Assembly (NCBI GenBank): GCA_976226885.1
Contig: OZ320316.1
Coordinates: forward strand, 92,628,001 to 92,692,000
From: Iphione sp. A-MEVVRFRX5
Lineage: Eukaryota
Length of the DNA stretch: 64,000 nt
Reading direction: 5' to 3'
In this document: piece by piece, positions 54,341-64,000 of the stretch
Numbering within the stretch: the first letter of the stretch is position 1
Layout: the number at the start of each line of letters is the position of its first letter
Position numbers and translations under genes: made by a program
Notes under the pieces: generated by a model
Databases searched by the model: none
Seen by the model: the letters and a program-made list of their open reading frames with translations, nothing else
What the model was told of the DNA's origin: nothing

Positions 54341-56290
54341 CGGGTTTATTTTTGGTACCACTTACGCAGACAAGGTCACGTCTGTCGTAGTTCTTGTCAT
54401 CAAACTCTGACTTTATTAAAAAAGTATGTTTTCTAACTTGAAAATTACAACACTCTCTTATCGGAAAGGAAATTAAAAAAATAAAAGGTGGGCAGCTTTT
54501 GAAATTGAAATTGAAAATATTTTATTACATACCTTCGGCACAGGTAGAGTGTTCAGGAAATTCTCCCAGTGCAACATAGGGGAAATTATTGAACACATGA
54601 TTTAAATACAAGAGAAAAAGACCAACACTGTTTTTCAAAACAGATAAATCAATTCAAGAAAATATGGATCCTAAGGGGTAGTATGGCATCAAAACATTTG
54701 GTACTATAACACTGTTCTATATTGGTTGCTTGGAATGGTTGTTACTGTTCATTACTTCAGCAGTTTTGTGCAATGTGTCTTGAATAAATGTGTATCTGGC
54801 ACGGATAATGTTGTGACGCCAATCATATTTCACTAAAGGTAGAATGCATGGTGATAACCATGTATTTGTGATTCATGCTTTAGAAAGAAACGTCCATAGG
54901 TATATCACTGGATTTAGCATATCTATCAAACTTCGTTTTGAAGATGGGACATGTTGTGCAGGAACACCAGCTTGGAATAGTTGATGGTAGCCAGTCTCCC
55001 CAAAACTATATTTTGGGTGATGACGTCGTGGTTAAAACCGTGTGAATGGAATCTATGATGAGTACAATGCATACCTCTTTTGTCCTTCATAAGCCAAAGG
55101 ACCTGACCTGTATCACCCCTGTTGACAAAATGACTCACTGCAAGAGTGAGGGAGTGAGGGTGTTCATGACAATGTGAATTTCCGAAATATTCTGTGCATC
55201 CACGATTGTGATCAAGGGCATGTTAATCTGCTTTTACAATCACTAAATAATCGGAAATCTTTTTTCTTTTGTGAGGCAAATTTAACTATTCAAGCAAGCT
55301 CGGTTTCCTTGAGGGAGGATACTACAACATAGCCTCAGCTATCAAATGATTACCCTATATCTCATAGTCGCACACACAATGACCCACACTCTAACACAGC
55401 ATATTTTAATACCTTAATTAATTTTAATTCACTTGAAATGATACAGAAAAGAGGCAGCGGTAAGCATTCATACAGGAAAATACCCTGTGTGAAAATTAGA
55501 GTAATTCATTCAGTAATTTTGGAGGAGTTAGCTCCACAAGATTGTGACAGAGGGCTGGACTGTTGGATAGCACTAATCCCACGGCCCCCCCTCTCTGGGG
55601 GGGGGCGGGGGACAACTATTCAGAGATCAAATGAAGCATTTTGTCACACCTTCTTACAGTTGCCTGCCTTCATCCGAACTGTCTTTATCTTTACAGTCAA
55701 GACAACAACTTCGCAACATATATTTCAGCATTGCAGAATATTAACTTTACGTCACCGATACTTTTTTCTTAGCCCATCATTTGTCCATTAAAACCGAACA
55801 GGATTACTAATCCCCTATAAGACATCCCTAACAAACGTTACATAAGCTGGAGGATAATCTCCTCCTATTGAGTCGAATGGGGCTGACATAATCAATATCC
55901 ATCTTGTTCTCGTCGGAATAAAACATGTCGATATTCACTGAAGCAACCAAAGTATTCATGAAAATAAAAGTCATAAAAAATTCAAATCTCCACTGGACAT
56001 ATGCACATGTATAATATCCATGATTGCCAGGTCATGCTGCAATCCTTAGAACAGTTTCCTCTGGAAGAAAATTGACTCAAATCGAGCTGCAATCGTTTCT
56101 CACATGATGATCTAGCTTGCCAACGAAGTTAATCATCGGTCGGGATCCCGTCTGTACAGAGCTGCTCAATTCCACTGAGGATCACCTCACATCTGCTCTC
56201 ACATAGTGTATTATAAGGCTCCTCCGAACTACCACTCCGTCCAGCCTGTCAGTATTACCTCATGTTGGCAGTTGCGGTCGCCCACTATCC

Positions 56291-56303
56291 CGCCCCCTAG
56301 TGG
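56291..56303 (-). promoter_or_regulatory. CTCF-consensus motif
   Basis: Minus strand CCACTAGGGGGCG; weaker similar motifs at about 56358-56392. Confidence 0.5.
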
Positions 56304-59300
56304 GGCGATCGATCACATGATCTTGCGTGGACACGCAAGGTTTGGCGAGGCTTAGCACAGCGCCCCTGGCGATACGCCCTGTGGGCGGCCAAAATGTCCC
56401 CCCCACCCACCGTCATCCCTGCAATTTCTGTACGGTATGACCGTTGCTTCGGGAAAATTACTTAAATGCGTAAACACGTGTAAAAACAGAAATACGGACT
56501 GGGAGAGGGGCCGCCACACCCATAAACAGGGCAATGTCAGGCAATATTAAGTGGAAAGCCGGAAATACTACAGAGCCTGGTATTGGAGTACTGGAGTCGC
56601 TTCGTTGCTGCTTTCGTATAAAACTATCGAGCAACCGATTCTAGGAGAAATCATTTCCTCCGCAATAAGACAAGATTATTACAATCAAGTGAATCAGAGC
56701 GTATTTTCATGAGGGAGGTAAAATTGCCGTATTATTACTGCGCTCAGCCAGAGACGAATGGTTACAGTCTGGTTGGAGTTTGATAAAAACATTTTTAAAT
56801 GACTGTCATAGTTATGAGCGGGCCTATGCGTGCAGACTGAGGTTAAAAGTCAATGAAGCATACATAAATCTGGAAAGGATGCTGTTATCGAGAGGAAAAA
56901 TCAACAGAGCCAGGGTTAAAAAATATTTTCTAAGGGACTATTCATCCGTAGTTCTTTGTTAAGGGATCAAAATGGAACTTGCATGATTGTGGGATTCACA
57001 ATCTCTTTGGCCACTATCCTAATTATTCCCGCAGGTCTTGGATTATCAATCATTCAGGACTCTACCTGGAGGTATGTGTGTATCTGTCGTTGTTACTACA
57101 GCCATTAAGAAAGAAAACAACAACATAAAAATGTAATAATACAAAAGTAAGACTACTTTCATGCCAGTGTATGCCGACTCTTCCAGACGCGACACGATTT
57201 TTTTGACTTTGTTACCTGTCCAACGCTCTTAGACTAGATAACTGTAGTGAATGCTGGGGAATGCCAATGATCATAGAACTTTACTTACAGAGTTCTCTTT
57301 ACCCGTTTAATTACGTCACAGCCATTTGCGAAGGCACTTACCTGAAACAGATCAAGAATGACATAATGTAATTTAGATGCGCAGTCAAACAGGTGAGAGG
57401 GATTAATCTAGGATAGACTGGAGTATTTAGTAGATACACTCTTGTTAAAACGGACCCATCGATTTAAAGATGAATAGTGAGGAAGGGATATTAAGGCAGT
57501 AAACGTAATAGCACGGGTAGGAGGAGAGTGGCATGAGTCTAGGAATGGACGATTGCTGATGAGATAACGATATATTTATCTATCAGCAAATATGAAACAG
57601 TATCTCTATCAGCAGAGAAATAATAAAATAAACCCATTCTGTATGTGTGTGTGTGTGGGGGGGGGGCTTTACCAGAGAAGCACACTTGATTACTTAATTT
57701 CTGAGACAAACAGGTATAGATCAGCATTAATGCGAAGAAATAGAATAGGAGAGGGAAGCAGAGTGATTCTGAACTGAACGGCTAGTAAGTTGTCACGGCT
57801 CTTTAAGACCATTCTTAAAGACCAGGCTTCACTGCAAAATCTATCAAATGTTCAGTAGATATCGACCTCTTGGGTCGACATCTAAACCCTTTTGCTGGCA
57901 GTAGGTGTTTGCTTGGAGTTGAAGAGACCCCAGGCCCGAGCATCCATTTCAGGCTTTGAGTAGGATAAAGTGGTGCGGTAAATTGGATTGTTTGAACCAG
58001 GCTTTTATACAAATCACATCCCATCTCCCTTAGAACGCTTTACTCTTTCAATTCCTTGTACAAAGTTACTCCCTTCTGTTTAGTCATACGAAGTATTATG
58101 TATAGGCTGGTTCCAAGTCCTTGACTTAAATGCCACTTATTCTTATATATATTTTTAAATTAGAGAGTTTTCCCAACTAGCTATGTTCAAATTTACTATA
58201 TCTTTTACGGTTAAGGAAATTATAACATGAAATAATTATATTTCTGCTCAATAGGCCCATTCTAAGATAAACAAGGATATTTTAACGGGAATGAGTAACT
58301 GCTTGAAATACAGTTACTGGGTTGATAGGGGTCAGAATAATCTGGGTTGGTTATGATCTCCAATCGGAATATCTTCCACCTCGAGTCAAACAAAAGAATT
58401 AACTTCAATTGTTATTCAGTTATGCAATTGTGTTGAATACAAGAGGCTACGTTTTCTCGAGTAAACAGTCACCCTCTCACTGCACTTTAAGAGAGTGGCC
58501 CGTATAGTAGACTTCTACATTCAGAGTGAATCAGACATTTTTGTGTGGACATTCTTTATTTCAGTACCATTATTCACAGAGCCAGCTCATGTTACAACAT
58601 GATAATTGCCATTTGTGCATACTCTACCCGGCAGAGACACTGCTTGATGCATGAATGCCATGAAGTGTAGAGTGAAGACTGTCCAAGCAAGGAAAAGCTT
58701 TTATATAATCTCCTCAGTAACAGTTCACAAGTTTTGTACGAGAAAACATTTATTTTTTATACCTCCGAACAAGACATTCCCTTCAGCAATTTCGTCTAGG
58801 ATTTTTAACAATGGGATTTTTCCTCTTATAACTATTCCTGCCTAAACGTTTCGACTTGAATTTTGAATCTTGATTGGATGGCTGATGAGCGGAAGTCAAG
58901 TACGCTGGCATTCCTGAATAAAGGTTGTGTTTTTATCAATAATACTTGGTATCTGCCCGCATGTCTCCCATGGCCACAAGGCTTGGTTTTCTCGGTACTG
59001 TGATAAAGGAGACAATTTATTACATCATAGAAACTGTGGATTAAATTAGTAATCTCAGTAGTATGGACTGACAAGAAACTGTAAAGAAGTTGTGCGAAAT
59101 AGCAGGCATATTTAAACATGGCTTTATAGACTTGCTTCTATGTATTGCTTGTCTACTATGTGAGATGACCTGATGAGAGGTTGGTACGGAATGAAGGATA
59201 CTACTGTTTATAAGATGGCTGGCATAAGCTAGACATATTTTACCCTTTGATATATCTTTCTTCTGACTGACTTAGATACACGTAGTAAATATTTTTGCAA

Positions 59301-61727
59301 CACTTCCAAAGTAATGAGAGGTTGTCAGGTAGCTTTCAAAGTAAATACTCTATCACATTTGAATTGAGTTAATGTCTTACACGTATTGTGGAGAACATAA
59401 ATATATATACAAGCTATTGAAAAAAAATAGTATAAAATAGATCTTTCACAGAAAAAGAGACACTTCCTGGTCTATGCTCTCAGCACCTACCCCCTCCCGA
59501 ATAAAGATGAGTTGGCCATTTCCAATGTACGTCGTTTCCCAGGTTAGCCAGCAAGTTAAGGCATTATTCCTATTTTACAAAACGTAATCGTTCTCGCGAA
59601 TTAGAAGGAAGATGTTCAATTACAGCAATGATGAAAAAAATATATTGCCGGATCACATAGAAACAGCTCTCATACTCTACCCCTTTAGTCCCATGGGGCT
59701 TGCTGCATTTATAGGAGCTTTTATCACCCGTTGTACGCGCACCCCATGGCTACGTTCCAAGGACTGAACGGTTCGACCAACGGGTTAACGGTATGAGGTA
59801 CACTTGGCCAGAGTATGTTCCAAGGTAAGACAGAATGTGCAATCTCTGCTTTTTCTAATTGAAATGATATCATTTTTCTAGTTCCATGGCAACATATGTT
59901 GCAGGATTTATAAACACCGAGGAAATCCTGGCGGCAGAAAGGGGTTAAATTCGTAGATTATGTCCTCAGTGACCGGAATACCCATGAGTTGTATTACCAC
60001 CTGTATTGGCGGGGGAATCTTTTATCAGTATCACAGCCCTTTAATTAATCATATCTTTCAAGGACATCCTGATCCTGATAAGGAGGATCATCTATAAGAG
60101 CTGGATTATGAGGCCATTTGTCTTCAGCTTTAGGCGGCTCACCGGTTCTGCCTGGAGGTAACATCCATCTAACATCAATCACTGTCAAGTCGTCTCTCTC
60201 CTCCATCACAAGCTTTCTATTATTTTCATTTACGCTGTTTACAGTGAGATTGCTCCTCCTTCTGTCGGTGAACTCCAGGAGAACTGCCTCTCATTTATTA
60301 ACATTTCATTAAGTCTTCCTTACAAGATATAAAGATCTCGTGTTTATTATAAAAGGACGATAGTATCACGGGCACTAAATGGGAGATTTCTGGTTGCAAA
60401 GCAACATTTCTGTTCAACTGTGAAAGCGTTGAAAGTGTAAACAATAGCTGCATTGTTGATATTTGAAAAGACGTGCTGCAGTGAATTGACATTATCACAT
60501 CACTGAAATATAATAGCAGGTTATTCAACCGAGTAATCTTTGCAATGTGAGAAAGGAACTTCTGACGCTGTGGTCTGGATCTTTAAAATAGAATCACCTC
60601 GAATGAAACAGAGGTTTAATCAACTGGGGCATCCTGTGCATGCATCCGTCACGTACGACTGCCACGTCCGTCATGGTGTATGAAAGTGTGCATTTTGTGG
60701 CATCCATGTGTCTGTAACGCATGTGTTACTACTGAAACTTGTGTATATTTCCTTTTTTGCAGCCGACCTTTGGAAGTGCCCATCGATGCCCGCCATTGTC
60801 TTATTCCATGGATGTTGTAGCGAAAAATTAAGCAACCTAGCAGCATTAAGGTTTCAAGAAGCCTTGAGGTTTGATTCACATCACATGGGTGTTTCATGGA
60901 GAAGGAAGGGCAACAAATTAACGAAAGATTACCCAGACAGATAAGACACCAACAAGTCTTATCATGGTTAAAAAAGCACTGAAAGGCTGGACCATGGGTT
61001 TACGGTTTTAACAGAAACCTCGTAGCAGAAACATTACAGTTTCGAATGCATTTCCCGCATACTCCATTCACCGTGTTACCCAGAACGCCATCAACCGTGC
61101 TACCCGACTGCATTGAATGTAAATGTATGGGCTTCCATATGCCGGGGATTTGATACGATGATATACACTCTCTAGATTTGAAGCAGGGCCCAACACCGAA
61201 TGCGTATGGCTCCGTCGGGAACGTCTTTGTTTGATACAGATACTGTCTGATATTTTCACTTGTATTGCGAAAATTATAGCACAACTAATGATCAGGTGGT
61301 CTTGTCCTGCTCATAACATTCTATTGACGTTACCTTTCGTAGCTCATTAAGCTTGTCTCGTCCGACCCTCGTTGTTTGATGGCTGAAAAGGCCTTTTCTT
61401 TTTAATTTGAAAATGGCACAGAATGGTAAACGAACCCCGGTGGAGATGAAGGCCGAACCACAAACGGCCTGCTTTGTTTTTGAACAGGCAGACACGCATG
61501 AGAATGGCGCTTCACACGCCAGATCGTGTGAGGAGACCACCAAGATGGGGTACAGTGCGATTATGGGGGAACGGGAATGTGATTTGCTGTAAATCATAGG
61601 CAGCTCAGGACGATAGGCATAGAGAAAGGAATAGAGGACGAAAAGCACGTTATAGTTAGTGTAGGTTCGTGTAGAGATTATGCTATTGGTAATCTAATGT
61701 GACGCAGAAGGTGTAGATAGAGATAAT

Positions 61728-61728
<1 letters not shown>

Positions 61729-61766
<38 letters not shown>
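61729..61766. repeat. (AG)19 microsatellite
   Basis: Perfect dinucleotide run. Confidence 0.97.
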
Positions 61767-61769
<3 letters not shown>

Positions 61770-63180
61770 TGGACAACAAAGGCTTGAATACATAAACACT
61801 CAAATGCAACACGGACCCAAAAAACGAAGCAAAGGAGGGGGTTAAAAGATCATGGGTAAGAAAATGAGAACATACGACGCTAAAGAAAATTGATACTGGA
61901 AGGGAACTGACAGGCGCTGCCAAAGCCCTCTGGAAACAGTAATTTTTCTATTGCAAGGACAACAAATTTGATAGTGTAGTTCGTGATTTGTCACTTTTGA
62001 CAATACCAATGTTGTGCTTGCTCAATGTTCGCATCAACAATGACGTGCAATGCATTGGAATAGAAAAACTGGTATTTCGACGAAGCCCTTGGTAGCAGTG
62101 GCGAATTGCGTTGTCATCAAGTCATACAATATCGCGTCATTGTACCATATTATCAAAAAGGTGAAAATGTAATGCCTGATTTACACCTGCGCTGGCATAA
62201 CGTAACAATTTCCAATTTACATTTACTTTGACTGTCCCGTAACCTGAATGCAAATTCGGCACCAGCAGTCATTTGTAACCCAAAAAAGGAGAGCACGTCA
62301 GGAATACGGGCAAATTATCGCCCAAAGTCTGGGTCCATGTTGATGTTAATTCAGCTGTCTGCCATTCGTCCGTTCATTAATGATATATTTTTCAGTTTCA
62401 ATAACGTTTATTTTCCCACGAATACTTTGCTTGATATGGAGCAGTTCTTGGAAAATAAACAGGTGAATTCTACGAATTCAAGGGAGGTTGCAATACGAAA
62501 CGCAATATAGGGACAACGATGGAATAAATTGTTCACAACAACAGATGAACGGGACAAATAGACGAAATATAGCCAATAGTCTTGAAGAAACAATTGGAAT
62601 GTGCGTTGCAAGCTAGTGAGTTACTCGTTATGGCAGGATGCAATCCAGACATACATGGTCCTAATTTAGCCATAGGGGAATTAGGCCGCCTCAGCTTTCA
62701 TCCCAATCCCTAAATTCTAACATGGAGGGGAGCAATACTCCTATTCTTTCTTGGATATAACACCATGAATGATCAGAGAACTAAGCATGGCAAATAAACC
62801 ATTACCATTGCTTAGATCAAGTGATTGCTCTAGTTCAAATTTAGGAAAAGCCAAATGGACGATATCATGTCAATCTTTCGTTAAAGGTTACCCAGATACA
62901 GTTCAATCTCGTTCCATTTTATTTTCGCTGTATCTTTAACCAGGAACTAGATATTCAGCTAGCATATAAGCTGTTCCTCCATATCCTCTTGGTGTAGTGT
63001 ACTACCATCTATTAGTGAAAACCGAGAGACCAGAATACCCAGGGTTGCCCCCTTCTCTTGCTTTTAATAGGTTTCTGGGGTCATTTTGAGCATAGGGAAC
63101 AGAATCCTATACATTAATGGCCTTTTTTATGAGCTGTGGACCACTTTGGGTTGGGGCTACAGTAAATCTGTCAGTCATGA

Positions 63181-63242
63181 TCAAGAGTCCCAGGCCCAGG
63201 ATTGCACCTCAGACCTCTCAATCCTGGGCCTGGGACTCTTGA
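63181..63242. repeat. Perfect 24-bp inverted repeat with 14-nt spacer (mini-MITE or hairpin)
   Basis: TCAAGAGTCCCAGGCCCAGGATTG-cacctcagacctct-CAATCCTGGGCCTGGGACTCTTGA; extends imperfectly by ATGA/TCAT. Confidence 0.9.
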
Positions 63243-64000
63243 ATCATTAAATGCTTAGGCAAATCATTGACATTCAGTGACAAAGCAGATCTGCCACCAA
63301 CAGCCAAGGCACATCCTACCCTCATAGTGGCAGCAGCAACAACAGCAGCCACATACAGCCCTCTCTTGATCAAACCTCCGCAGCCCCCGATCTAACCATA
63401 ACTAGTAACCTCTGACCCTCCGATTGCTCCTCACCCAATATAACAGCCAGGTTCCTTTGGGACCACATCGCACTAGCCACACATGTGCATAATATACAGA
63501 GTAATTATATTGAGGGAGGGGGAAGGGTGGAATAGAAGGCCTTTATTTGAGTCTGTGCTGGGTATTGACTTGTATGCAGGGTTCCTTTGAAGGGAAACGG
63601 ACGGAGACAGGGATAGCGTGAAATAATGTGTCTCTATGCAAATTAGCCAGATATTATACAGAAGGCGGGATCTGTATTGTAAAAGCCATGGGACATGTAT
63701 TTGACACCGTTTGACCCCTTTGTCATGGCTGATATATTGGCTTAGTGTAAACTACGAAAGGAGTCTTGGAGACCCAAATATTCCCGTCCAAGAGGAAATA
63801 GCAATATTTGTGTCAGAGTTGATGATGCTTCTAATGAATCCATAGCTCCTTGTGACATACGATCGTTTAGGCAGCAACCTTTGCATATATAGCCAACGTG
63901 TGCAAAACAGCCGACGGAGAATAAAATGTCCCTAAGACAATGATATAACTGTATGAAATAACAGGTGTGAAATCTATGCATGTAAACACAGCAGATTTAT

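Noticed and set aside
54366-54406. Possible 41-nt minus-strand micro-exon (FDDKNYDRRDLVC then GTAAGT)
   Set aside because: Weak acceptor, no start codon in that frame, no homology; only the donor is strong.
57790-57835. Possible second copy of the 47.4-kb MITE end
   Set aside because: Only partial motif similarity; no paired TIR or TSD.
1-64000. CRISPR arrays, rRNA, snRNA or prokaryotic operons
   Set aside because: None seen; intron-exon structure and Pol III tRNA signals indicate a metazoan genome.

Overview
AT-rich (about 40% GC by eye) metazoan genomic DNA with one 138-bp assembly gap; no prokaryotic or CRISPR features. The only confidently recognisable protein-coding sequence is the 5' end of a ryanodine receptor (RyR) gene on the minus strand. 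Two N-terminal coding exons (16417-16286 and 1060-962) have canonical splice sites and splice in frame across a 15.2-kb intron. The next exon lies left of the window, and I could not find a canonical '...FLRT' first exon. An intact tRNA-Leu(AAG) lies antisense in the 15.2-kb intron. An ATG-initiated, GTAAGT-terminated 51-nt minus-strand exon with promoter-like context at about 41.6 kb is phase-compatible with the RyR exons and is the most interesting unexplained element. The remainder is intronic/intergenic: degenerate GA/CT low-complexity tracts, microsatellites, a TA-flanked MITE, a decayed CR1-like LINE fragment, a perfect 24-bp hairpin, CTCF-like motifs and an enriched TACATGTA palindrome. 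The RyR sequence and TACATGTA enrichment suggest an invertebrate, possibly lancelet-like (inference only). All homology calls are from recall of family sequences, with no database searches.
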